Shown piece by piece: positions 1 through 12,932 of a stretch of DNA of 64,000 nucleotides. How positions within the stretch are numbered: position 1 is the first letter of the stretch; every line of letters starts with the position of its first letter. The notes beneath the pieces were generated by a model. It was not told the origin of the DNA and ran no database searches. It worked only from the letters and a program-made list of their open reading frames with translations. The DNA comes from Schmidtea polychroa. Its lineage: Eukaryota. Where the stretch lies: contig CM097888.1 in assembly GCA_044892525.1 (NCBI GenBank), positions 37,448,001-37,512,000 on the forward strand. Reading direction: 5' to 3'. The translations under genes and the position numbers were made by a program.

Positions 1-114
1 ATTCAAGACCTACGACAAATTAGCCATTTATAACATTGGGTCAACCAATGTTATAACCTATCTTTTCGACTTCTTATCAGCAACCAATTAGGTCGTAATT
101 GCGGGGGTTTACTG
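1..114. mobile_element. Right end of a Tigger/pogo-like element
   Basis: Ends GCGGGGGTTTACTG|TA (reverse complement CAGTAAACCCCCGC, Tigger-type TIR plus TA). Internal 12-bp hairpin TTATAACATTGG-gtcaa-CCAATGTTATAA. The left end is outside the window. Confidence 0.5.
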
Positions 115-3100
115 TATTTTTATAATTAAAAAGTTCCGTAATAAATGATTGATGTCCGTAAGTTTTGCACCTGTGCATTTTTTATTATATGGTTATTTTT
201 CTGCTTTTCTATAGTATGTGCCCATAATTTATTGCCAGTGTCCTTATTTCAAGTAAGAATGGATAATTTTTCAATATATAAATTAATTATATCTTATATT
301 AACACAATTCATAACTAAACATACCATAAAATATGCATTTTGGTGTATTTTACAAGAAAAGAAGTCCCCACGCTTGACACACACTCACAACACGCAAATA
401 CAACCCCAGTGACTACTCACAAAGTTGATTTCCGCCAAAACAGTCAGTAAAATATATATAATATTAAATAAATAAAATCATTCTTAGAATGAAATTTATA
501 TGGAATTATATTAAATTATATTTTCAGTAATTAGAAAAGTCGTTAACAACAATCGATAATGACATTATTTAAATTATTAACTATTTTATATTAAATATAA
601 AGAATTATACTGATTTAAACACTGAAGAAAAAGGAAGAGAAAGGTTGTTAAATTGTAGATTTTTTTATGACAGGAAAGTTATTTTTATGTAAAACATTGA
701 TTAACTGTCAAATCATAAAATTTCAATAAAACAAAATTTAATTATTTAAGTGATTTTTCTTAGGTAAATGGAATTTTATTATTATTTTGTTTTTTATCGT
801 ACTTGCTGATGTTAGAAATGACCACAATATTCGAAACATGTTAAAATTCCAAATTCTAATTGGGAAACGCACATTTATAAACAGCGTACTTAGCAAAGTG
901 GGACTGAGTGATAGATTTGTGGTACATAATTTTTTATAATTTGGTATTTTATTTCCAAAAGTTCTAAATTTTGATTTTATATATTTAACCCCTTTACGGT
1001 CAACTTCTTTTTCTGAAATCGACCCTTAATTGGCGACTTTATTTGCGGCTATAAAAAAATTAATCTTTTAATTATTTTTCAAACATCTTTATCAACAATA
1101 ACGAATAACAGTTAACTAATTAATAACAAATAAATCAGTTTTTAGTATTGTTGTAAAGTAATGAGTAGTGGATAACAAGGTACCGAATAAGATGAACAAT
1201 TGTTTTGCAAGTTTTTGTGTCTTAATTTTCCAACCTTTTGTAAGAATTTTTTTGTATTGTCTTCAATTTTATTTATCTGACACACTAGAACAGCATAATA
1301 ATAGTTGTTGTGATGATTTAGCCTATAGCGATGGGGTAATACAGCTACATTGAGGTTTGAAACGTTTTCTGAGATTTTATGGGAAATGTTTTTTGTATAA
1401 TTTTTTATTTTGTTTAGCCCTGCCATACATTCTTGCCCTCAGCAGGGCTAGAGTTGTAGTAGAGTGCATGGTTATTATGGTTTGATGTCTCTATATGACC
1501 TAGAACGACGTATTTACGTTTAGCCGAGAGTATACTCGGGTCTACCGTGCTGCAGTACGCTTTCAAATATATAAAAGGAGTATCCTCGGGTCTACCGGTA
1601 AAGAGGTTAAATGTTAGGAAATAATTTAATACAAACAATAAAAAATAATCATTCAGCTTTGTTTTCATGTTGATTCCTAGAAAATTTTAAGTAAAAATAT
1701 TTAGTTTTTTCAAATATTTTTTGAAATTAAATATTTTAATAATTTTTATATTTCTCAGCAGAGATAAGTGTGAATATATTATTCACTGAATAGGTACCAT
1801 TTCTTATCGTATTTTCTAATAACTCCTTAACCCGGGAACTGAAGTTTGTGAAGAAATCGGAGTCACATGAAGGGTCTTTGGTTAAAATCTGACACACTCG
1901 ACCTTCTAGTTTTGTTGTGGTTTTTGGTGTGAAAATTTTTTATTGGAGGTGCTTTATTCAATCAGAAGACATTCTATAAACTATTTGGATTGATAAAGGA
2001 ATTGAAACACCATATATATCTCCAATGTTAACTTTCATTCGGGATAGTCATCAGTACAAAATGTTCCAATTCAGAATTTTAAAATGAACATTTTTATCAA
2101 GTCTCTGTTTAAATTCTTTTATTGCTGAATTATTATTTTAAATAATTACCATGATTTGGAAAAAAGAAGTTTAATGTAAATTTGACAGTTACTGGGTTCA
2201 ACTCTCTCCTATGTACAAAATGTTTATTAGTACAGTAGTGCGTCAGATTCAATGTGACAATGTAAACTAAAGACAGCAGCATACGTTGAAGTATAGTAAT
2301 AATTTGCATGCTGCATTCATCTCGGTTATCCATAAAATAAAAAAAGTAGCCAGGGTGTTATCAATAGAAATTTATATAAATGATTGATTCTGACGTTTAT
2401 GGCCAATATAACTTGATGGTCACACTTTAGAAGAAGTAAAAAATTCTCTATACATATGTAGGTAGCAAGTCAACAGAAAGTTAAGTAACCGTTCTTTTAA
2501 AATTATTTTTAAAGGAAAATATTTAAGTTTTTTGTTGTTTTGTAATTTTGGTTTGATGTTGCTCTCTTAACAAAATAAAATTTATTTATTTTTATTTAAT
2601 ATTTCACCATTTACCAAAAATAAGAGTTAATTGTTGTATGAGGATAACAGAACATCGAAATTTGTGGTTATCCTTGAGAATGTTATTGACCTAATGCCAT
2701 TTAACAATATACCGTAGATACTTGAAAATATTTGTGTGTTGCGTTATATTCGAGACACTGTAGATATAAAATTGTAAGTTTTATGTGCCGAAATGGTTTT
2801 TGTCCTTCACATTATATTCGTGTCTTGAGCTTTTCGTCCGTTTCTGATATAAATTTCTATCTCGCGGTATACTAGGGTGGCGTTACACTCGAGTATCTAC
2901 GGTAGTGAAATTGGATTAATTTCCTATTCTCAGATTGTTGTTTTTGTTATCGAATCTCGGTGAATTAGTTTGAAATTTTTCTCTTAATTTAGTTTTGACC
3001 GTTCAGAAAATTCAATTTTCCCATTGATTTAAATGTGAGACAAATTAAATTTACTATCTGATCACGCGGTTTGATTCACTTATCACTTGTAAAATTTTTG

Positions 3101-3473
3101 ATATTTTTGATTGAATAACTTTTTTTTTAATTTTATGTTTGATATTAGAATCGTACGTTGATGATATATGATCCTTCCGATATATTTTTATCGTGTACAA
3201 ATTAGCACTAAATATCATAAAAAATTTATTCAATAAATTTGAATCATTTTAAATAAATTACAAAGGACTTTCCAAAGATTTACGATTAAAGCGTAACAAA
3301 ATTTTGATAATAAGATTGTGCACTGCAGCACTATATATTGATTTTTAATAAACAACTTTTTTGTTTTTCAATTAAAAGTTATAAATTGATTTTACAGTCA
3401 AATCAACACTTTAGACTAACTAAATGCTGATTTTAGGTTCTGTATCAAAATATAATTATTATATTTACTTCAG

Positions 3474-4100
3474 ACTGAATGCCCAGAATGGCAGTATAAA
3501 CAACGATGTTTATGTCCAAGTGAAGGAGACTTGAAATATAGATTATTAAGAATCCTTTTCGATGGATTACATATCAATATTGTTGAAGATAGCACATGTT
3601 TGGCGCTTAGTGTTGTTGGACCAGTGCATTTGGTGAATTGTAATTTGCATGGACCAACCACTGAAAAGGGGATTTCTGCCATTCTTCCTGAGTTTTCTGT
3701 AAAACAATTTATAAAACCATTGGGTTTGGATTATTATGTTGTTGATTATTATATATTTGTTAATTTTTGACAAAACAGACATAACTGATTCAGATATCTG
3801 GCTTGAAGGTGGCTCTCTATCTTTAGGAAATGTAGTTCTTAATGCCGGTATTGCCTTACCAATGCTGGATTATCGATCTTGGCAGGATAAATTTTTGAAA
3901 TATCATGATAGTAAATCTAAGCGACTATGGTTTCTTTGGAATGATTTAGATACAAATGAAAAAGATATGTCTTATGTTTGTGGATGTGTCGGAGGTTGTG
4001 CATTTTTTGGGGAAAATTTCCTCAATAACAGATATTCCAGATCATCTAAAGATATTCGTAATATCAATGACAAGGCTGCTTCTTTTGTTAATCGTGAATT
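3474..4100 (+). CDS. BLTP1: BLTP1 exons 3474-3723 and 3779-4100 (55-nt intron)
   Basis: ttcag|ACT acceptor. Reads TECPEWQYKQRCLCPSEGDLKYRLLRI..VNCNLHG, then D-ITDSDIWLEGGS..HDSKSKRLWFLW..CGCVGGCAFFG. Phases 1 and 2 join correctly. Confidence 0.88.
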
Positions 4101-7100
4101 GTAAGTTTTTTCTTAATAATTTAAATATTCTATAATATAACTATACTTTTTCTGGTATTATCAAATGTTAGTAGCCTATTGCATTTATTTATTTTATAGT
4201 TTTCTGATATTATAAAGTATTATTATAAGATCCTGGGTTTCGAGTCGTAGAAAATTATAATTAGTCAAATAAAAGGTTTTTAATTTAATAGTATTAAAAA
4301 AAAGAGTATTAATTGCAAAACTTATCAATAGCATCATGGTCGGTAGCTTTTATGACTGAATTATGAGTGTATAATTTGATGGACATATAATATTGTTGCT
4401 TTACAACAGGAACATTCAATCTGGACTATATTTCCCACTTGTTGGCACTAGGATGTTAAATGAAGCATAAAAAGAAAGTTTAATATTTTACTTAAAATTT
4501 GTCAGTAACATAAATACAGTATTAAATGAATAAAATTATTATTTTAACAAAGATCACAATGTGTTGTCGCTAAAATTATGTGTTATAATCTGTTTTTAAA
4601 AGTGTTAAAGCTCTGTGTTGATTTGACTATATTGATATTCAGTGAGGATCCCAGAAATATATATTACTCATTTGATAAACACTACATAACCTAAACCATA
4701 GATATATCGCAATTATGTAATTCCATGGCAGTCATTTTGAATTCGACATTTTTTATTTTGCATATAAAAACATTTATTCTTGATGTTCTTATTGCAATGT
4801 TCTTATTGCAATGTTCTTATTGCCGTATATTTCAGCGTATAAGGCGACCGTCAGATAAGACGAGGTACAAAATTAGCGCAAATTTTTATGATTTATCATA
4901 TATCGGTTGTAGTAGTATAAATACAACTAGTATAAATACAACTAACTGTACTGTAATACTTTCTTTTATATCGGTTGTATAAGACGACCCACAATTTTCA
5001 AGGGTGATTTTTTGACTTTAAGGGTCGTCTTATACGCCGAAATATACGGTAGTCTTGATGAGATTCTTTTGGTAATGTGTCTTGTACTCTGTCTCTTGCG
5101 AAGTCGAAAATTACATGGGAAAATAAATACGTATTGTTAGAAGCTATAACATTTAATTCTTCTGTCATCAAAATAAATTACTAAGACTATTAAATCCAAA
5201 AATTATATTTCATTAAATCTGATTATATAAACAAATATTCTTGGGACATTTTCTAAATTTTAATTTCAACCAAATATCAACATACCATCGCATTCATACT
5301 TGAATTTCAATTTTATTAAAGATTATTTTATTTTAAAATTTCAATTATCATTTCAATTTTAATATCTTAAAATAATTTAAGTTTCAATTAAAATTTTACA
5401 AATTTTAATCATGAACTAATTTAATTTAGTATTTTAATTTTAACACCTCACACGTATAATTAAACTTTTTAGTAATTTAACGGTCGTTAATGACAATCGA
5501 TAATAACAATATTTAAATTATTAATCTAGCTCGTGATAAAATGATGTGATAAACCTTTGCTGTAAGTTTCAAGTTTATCAAAAACTCGCAGCAAAAATTT
5601 ATCATATCATTTTTTAATTATTTTTTTGTGAATTGATGCTGTTACTAGGAAACCATTTTTTCATGTTATTAGTAATATATAAAAACTTTGTAGCTGAATT
5701 ATTTTAAAAGAAATATTTTTGATATTTAGGTAAGGTCTTTCTGTAATTTTCACCTTGAAATATCTCTTGTTCGCTTAATTACGAAATTTAATCAATCTCT
5801 CCTATTAAATCTGTAGTGCCTTTGACTTTCATTTAATAAATTCAGTAGCAAATACACTTAAATTAATTAAATTAATATACGTTTTTAAATCAAGAAAATT
5901 AAAATACATTATTTTAATATACAAATATACACTTCCTCCATCTTTTTAATCAATAAAATATGTTCTCAAAACTCTTTAATTGAAACAATTTGCGGATCAT
6001 CGAAATACTTGACCTATATTTCGAATTCGCATTACAAATGATAAATCTCGTAAAGCTGATACTGCTACTCGTCGTCAGATCACAGGACATGCAATCAATG
6101 GGTATGTCAAGTTCAAATCAACAATTACGCTCGGATCGCAATTGAATATCCAACCAACCTGAAATCAGGAATCGTATTCAATGAAATGCCATTCCTAAAT
6201 TCGAAAATATCAAATACACTCTGTAAAAAGATGTGGAATTCAATTAATAGATATGACCGTTTAGTATTATGTTCCTACAGAATCTTTATTTGTTTTTCTT
6301 ATTGTATTTCTAGTTGGATTCGGGGAAATATCATTTTTTAAATTAATTAAAATATATTTTAAAAATCACTTCAAAATTTGTTAATATTTCAAATTGATTC
6401 TAAATATCTCATATAGTTTTTATTGTTATTTAATATGATATTCATCTCGTTGAAATGACACCAGGTGATTAAAATACACAGCTGAAAATAAAATATTTCT
6501 CATCAAACCTAATAATCATTAATTGGCATATCAAAATTATATATATTTGGGAATTTCATTTTCAATAGATTAAATCGTTTCTTATTATTTATATATTTTG
6601 AAAATGTTTTATTTATAATAAATACAATGTCAATTGAAAAAAAAATTGAAGATGAAAATTGTATAACATTTGACAAATTCAACTTTATTAATGGAAAACA
6701 AATTATTAAATCCAAGTTTAATGAAATCCAATTTAATTATGGGTAAATATATTAAATTCATATGCTTTCACTAAATTTCATATGTTTATTTTTTTACTTT
6801 TAAAACTTATTTTGATAAATAAAATTTTGTAGACTTGGAAAAACTAAACTTCTAACTTTTGGTGAAAGTCTTTTTGAAAAAGGAAAATGGATATTTGAAA
6901 GGCACTCTGGTGATAATTGTTGTGAAATCACTTCCGGTTGGTTTTTATTGAGGGAAAAACAGGAAAGAGACAAAATAATCAATTTACATGTTTGTTTTTG
7001 TGGATTTCCAGTTACTATTTTGAACAATTTCCAGAACTCAACATCACTTTCTAATTCTAATTTGGAAGTGGAAATGGGAATGCCCGAAGACGAAGAACCG

Positions 7101-10100
7101 ATTTTAAACAACAGTCAAACGTTTAGTGAAACTCAATCAACAGATGATGATGCAAGATTACCTGCTTTCAATAATGAGCCTAATAAATTGAGGAGAAAGT
7201 TCTCCCTGAAAAGTCTTATTTCATGTGCTTCTAGTAAATCGACTAGCAAATCCGTTCACAGTAATAGGAGTGTCGGAGATTCTGATGATGAGAAAAAAAT
7301 CATAAATAATGCTTATCAGTATTGCAATGATGGAGAAAATGAAGAAAGTTCTGGTGAGATTAGGGCAAAATATGTTGGTTAGTTTCGCAATATATTAAGA
7401 TTCGACTTTATTGATTGTATATTTAGACCTTCGTGGACAATTGCACAAAAGTATTACAGAAAGCAATTTGCTGTACTCAGCATACAGGCGTCATCTTGCT
7501 ATTTACAGTTGCAGTCACTGGGCAGTTCCGGTCAACACGCGACATTATTGGACAAAATATCATACAAATCGATTGGCAGTGTTTCAATGTACTCAAGATG
7601 GATTTACACCGAAGCTAATTGTTATGAGATCCCATGCTAAACGCAGCCATCGCGTGAAACAGAAAGTCGAGATGGACTACACGTCATATTCAAAAAGATT
7701 CACAGACCATGGTTACCAATCAATTTAATTTTAAATTATATAAATTATATTATTTCTAGAATCATTGGATAGTGGCTCCTCAGATTTGACAGCAAAAACA
7801 ACAGTTTCGATTAAATTTAACAATGCCATCGATATTCTATTAACTCCTTTGTTTGTGGAATGTATGACAAGGTATGTTCATTGCATTTGGTTTATTATGA
7901 TGAAATCCCTTCTAATTTGCAATGAATTATAATGTAGCACAGTTCATTTTTCAGATAGAATTTTACCTATTACCGTGATGAAAGAAACTACAGAGATTTT
8001 TGAAGTCCATCAATATTTTTATCGCTTTCCTTTTTTAGACCATTAGTTCCGATCCGTCCAATTTCTCGTATTGATTTGAAGAAATGATACTCATATATGT
8101 AGAAAGGTTAATTTACCGCACTAGTGATAACTCATAAAAGTTTTCTATCAAAATAGTGATGATAACTCTCTGAATCACAACAAGAACAGGAAAAATTATG
8201 ATCGTAACTAAGGAATCTTGTAAAGATCATAACTGTAACTAAGGAGTCTAAAACATTTGCACTTAAATTTTGTTACTTATATGCATAGGAAGGTTAATAA
8301 TAAGTTTCCTATCGAAATAGTGACCGTAACTATCTTAATCGTAATTAAGTAGTTTTGTAATGGTTGTGACCGAAACTAAGTGGTCTATAACATATACGGA
8401 GCTAAATACATAAGAAAAGTTTGTAATCTGTCGACCTTAAGCATTAAAGTACACATGTAGGCAATTATATTAAAAAAAAAAAAAACACCTTTATTTTTTG
8501 TGTAACTTCTACATGTTCTGTATGCCTCTTGTTTCTACCTTCCCTTTAATGTTTATCCACTGATTTTCAAGTCGGGGCTGTTATCTAACTAGTAAAGCGC
8601 CTGGATTTTCTGGTCTCGAAATCACTGCATTTAACATTTAGCAGGGCATTATAGCACTAAATAACACATGGGTGTACTTTAATTTGTTATCTACTATCAG
8701 AAAGTTTATTTTATATTCCATAACTTTTGTAAAAAACTATTTTAAAGTGTTCTATTTGTCGATTGTATAGTCCTTTTAATATGTAATTGTAATTATAATG
8801 GCTAAGAAATATACAAAATAAGAAGTCAGGAAATGCACCAATTAGTTGACCTAAATATTTATAATGAAGATAATGTGAATATTTCGTAAATATTTCGTAA
8901 TGTATTATTTATGATTTTCCATTATTTAAAATTTCCATTGAAAATGAGAAATAATGCAAATATAAATGTTTTCCCAGTGTGGCATTATTTTCAGAAAGGA
9001 CCGGTTTTATTCTTATTATAAATATCATTATCGTAATATATTCTTCAAAAGGTTTTGAGGTTATTTTGATCTAATAAACAGAAGCAGTTTGGTAAATCTC
9101 TGCATTCGTAGTTAAAAAATACCATTTTATCCCAGATTTTTTTTTAAATAATTAAATCATTATTTATTTAGAAGTACTAACAATTTAAGTTTTCATTTAT
9201 GGAAGGACTTTTATTTCAAATACCTTCACTTTCAAAGTTTCCGCTCCTCAAACTCTTTATTCACAAATCTAACATTTTTCATTACTCACGTGTATCTGTT
9301 TTTGTAAATGATTCTGTATTTTGTTTCACTATCATCTTGAATTTTTAGAATAGCTTCTGTTTCTCTTCCAGATCAAGAGTTTTATATTTTGTTTTTAATA
9401 GGGAAAAAAATTCTTTATACAAAATTTCGAAATGCCCAACAAAAAACGAATTAGTGAAGTAGTTTTACCCGAAATAATGATCGTTAAGGAAAGTAGTTCG
9501 ATCTGTATCAATATTTCATTAATTTTAAATTTTAAATATATGTTCTGAAAAAAAGCAAAAAGTACCTAATAACTTTTTGAAATATTTAAAAAAAATTTAA
9601 TTTTATGTTTATCAATAATAGGAAAAAAATTATGATGTACTGTTATTATAGATACGTTACAATTTTGACACCTGAATTGTCACATTCTTTTACCAGCACT
9701 GTAGTGAACAGATTACATTTTCAAAGTGTTCAGTTAACTCAAGATAGGTGTAAGCCAATGAAAGGAACTACTTCTGATCCAGATAGTAGGTTATCTACAA
9801 AATGTGCATCATTGAGAAATAATAAAAGCAAAGACGAGCTAAACAAGGAACATGAGCCTCATACAAATTCGTCAGAAAACGTGTTTGAAACTGCAAGCCA
9901 TTGGGTCCAAAGAAAGGTTACTTCAGTTCTAGTTCCTAATATTTCCGGATTAACACCGCTTATGGAAGAAAATGCATTGATTGATTGTAAAAGATTTTAA
10001 TAATATTAATATTTTAAAAGAAATTTAGCAAAAAAACCTGATTACACTGTAATAAATATGGAGAATATACCAATGACTCCTTTGGATGCTAAAGACTATA

Positions 10101-12190
10101 CAGATGGCGCTACAGATCCTAATTTTGATTCTTTCGGACTGACTAGTCCTACATCAGGAGAATCAACACGTATTAGTAGAACTCAATTTTCAGTTACTAT
10201 AGATCGTATCAATGTATGTGTCATGCAATTATATGCTATAGAAGATATTGTCAACAGTGACACTCTTGTCTCAGGTCTCCATGATTTAACCTGTGTTTCT
10301 CTTTTGTCTTTATGTCTCGATACTGCATCTTTTCAGGTTTGGATTTATTTTGATCATGCTTTCATATTTCTATAATTATTAGTTGCTAATAAATACTCGC
10401 AGTGAAGCAATTCAAGGATCAGATACTCTCGTAAGAGCATTAAGAGAGTTAAAGAGATCGAGAACAAAACAAAACATAAAAACTAATGAGAACCCATCGC
10501 CACACTTAAATTCTGAAAAACTTGGTGCAGTTACTTTAGATAGTCTGTCGACCAATAACATTCAGGATAATGATGGATTTCGTAAGACTGAAGAAATAAT
10601 TGCTAATGTTGAAGTGAAGCGAGTTCATGGACAATTGCGACGACTGACTAGAGATAGTCAGTTTTCATCCGATGTCCTTTTGACTGCTATTCCGTTTAAT
10701 ACGTCTAAAGTAATTTTAATTATTTAATTGAATAATAATAATAAATATTATTATTATTATTACATAACCGTTTTATCACAGACTCACACTAGTAATAATA
10801 TATTTTTATCAAGAAAGAACGTATTAAAATAAACATTTTATTGATATAAGCACGGTAATGATTTATTAATTAAAATACGCCACTCAAACATCCGTTTTAC
10901 ATTATAATTAAATACTTATTAGCAATCTAAAAGCATTTACTCATTTTATAATGAAGAAAAAAAAGAATATTTAATATATATGAAATGAAACCAAATAAAA
11001 AGTAGCTTAGTATTACAAAATATGAAAGGAGTGACATGAATGTTTAGAAAAGCTATACATTACCTTTTGGACGAGAGTAGGTAGTTATGTGCACTCTAGA
11101 TCCATGTGCACNNNNNNNNNNNNNNNNNNNNNNNNNNNNNNNNNNNNNNNNNNNNNNNNNNNNNNNNNNNNNNNNNNNNNNNNNNNNNNNNNNNNNNNNN
11201 NNNNNNNNNNNNNNNNNNNNNNNNNNNNNNNNNNNNNNNNNNNNNNNNNNNNNNNNNNNNNNNNNNNNNNNNNNNNNNNNNNNNNNNNNNNNNNNNNNNN
11301 NNNNNNNNNNNNNNNNNNNNNNNNNNGTAATAATTTTATTTTTTGTTTTAATCATCGATTACGTAATAATTTAAAATTTTTTTTAAAACATCGATTACGT
11401 CATTGATTTTAATTTTTTATAAGAATTTTTTATGTCATTATACTTGAAATTTAATTCTCTGTTAAATGAGACTATGATGTAATCAAAATTCTGAAATTTC
11501 ATTTTTAGTACACGATTTTTAAATTTACACATCTTTTTAAACAAATTGAGATATTTTCACTCAAACAATATATAGATAGAATTTTAATCTCTATAAGATG
11601 ACATCAATATTTACTTCAAATTCATAATCATAACACCTTAAACAATGTATTTTTCAGCCAACTTTTACATACACACATATTTTCAACTTTTAAAAAATAC
11701 AAATTATTCATCTATACTTAACTCATAGTAAATAATTATATTAAAAGACATATTAAAAGATGTATTAAAAACTAAACATTTATTAAAATCCTAGAGAAAT
11801 TCGATCACTATCTAATTTCCAAATCGGTGATATGACATCTTTCTCATCTATTTTATATCCCTGTATTGACATATTTACAAACCATCTTTCCCCATCTTTA
11901 TATTCAATTTTATATAACAAAGACATATTGCATACAAAGACACACATGACTCATCATACTTTTTAATATATTACGTTGCGGTATTTTAAAATTTAAATTT
12001 ATTTTAAAAACTTATTTTGATGGTTAAGTAGACAAAATAAGATTATTGCACATACTTTGGATTATCATATATATAGTCTATCAGACAAGATATTCTGTTC
12101 CTCTACGGGTAATGGTCACAAAGATACTGCTAAAACTTTATTACACACAATGTATAAAAAATCTTATTAGTGTCCACACATGCGACAAGA

Positions 12191-12224
<34 letters not shown>

Positions 12225-12759
12225 TTCAAAGTATTATAATTATATATACTCCTAGTCTATCCGACAAGATATTCTGTCCCCCTATGGGTAATGGTCACAA
12301 AAGTAAAGGTCACAAAGGTAAAGGTCACAAATGTACTGCTAAAAATATTCAAGACAAAACTTTAATAAAGAAATTCTAAATATTATACTTTAAATATACA
12401 CTAAAATTTATTAACACATTGGGTAATGGTCGCAAAGGTAAAGGTTACTAATGTACTGCTCGCAAAGGTAATACTCACATTCAACATGTCGTAAATTATT
12501 TTCAAAGTATTATTATTATTCATTATTAAAATTAAAATTATTATTAAATTCTGACCAACTTAAATCAATGAAGGGATAGGACAAAAATATATTACGTTGC
12601 GGTATTTTAAAATTTAAATATATTTTAAAAAACTTATTTTGACACTAAAGTTGACTTATTTAACAAAGATATAATTATTGCACATGCTTTGCATAAATAT
12701 TATTATTATTTTTTTTGAATTTTCAATATTTTCTTTCAAAGTATTAACACGCGCGGGAG

Positions 12760-12791
<32 letters not shown>

Positions 12792-12901
12792 GAAAAAGTT
12801 AAAATATGGTTTACACATACACAACCTATTAACAATTATTATTGCAAATATTAGTGAAAAACCTAAAATATTTTTTACACACATATACAACCCATTAAAC
12901 T

Positions 12902-12932
<31 letters not shown>

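Noticed and set aside
521-580. ~60-bp similarity to 5466-5524
   Set aside because: Short AT-rich dispersed repeat with no termini; ordinary decayed repeat.
2160-2215. tRNA-like GGGTTCAACTC (also 4230-4245 and 49140-49150)
   Set aside because: Only a B-box-like word; no cloverleaf or acceptor stem.
1142-2333. ORFs as upstream BLTP1 exons or a separate gene
   Set aside because: No KIAA1109 motif (e.g. LEYAW, CQHG) and no consistent splice model could be read.
8080-8460. Two degenerate ~175-bp tandem units
   Set aside because: Too decayed to define boundaries or function.
11053-11406. ORFs spanning N runs (also 17779-18111, 34767-35092, 39829-40137)
   Set aside because: Artefacts of translating assembly gaps.
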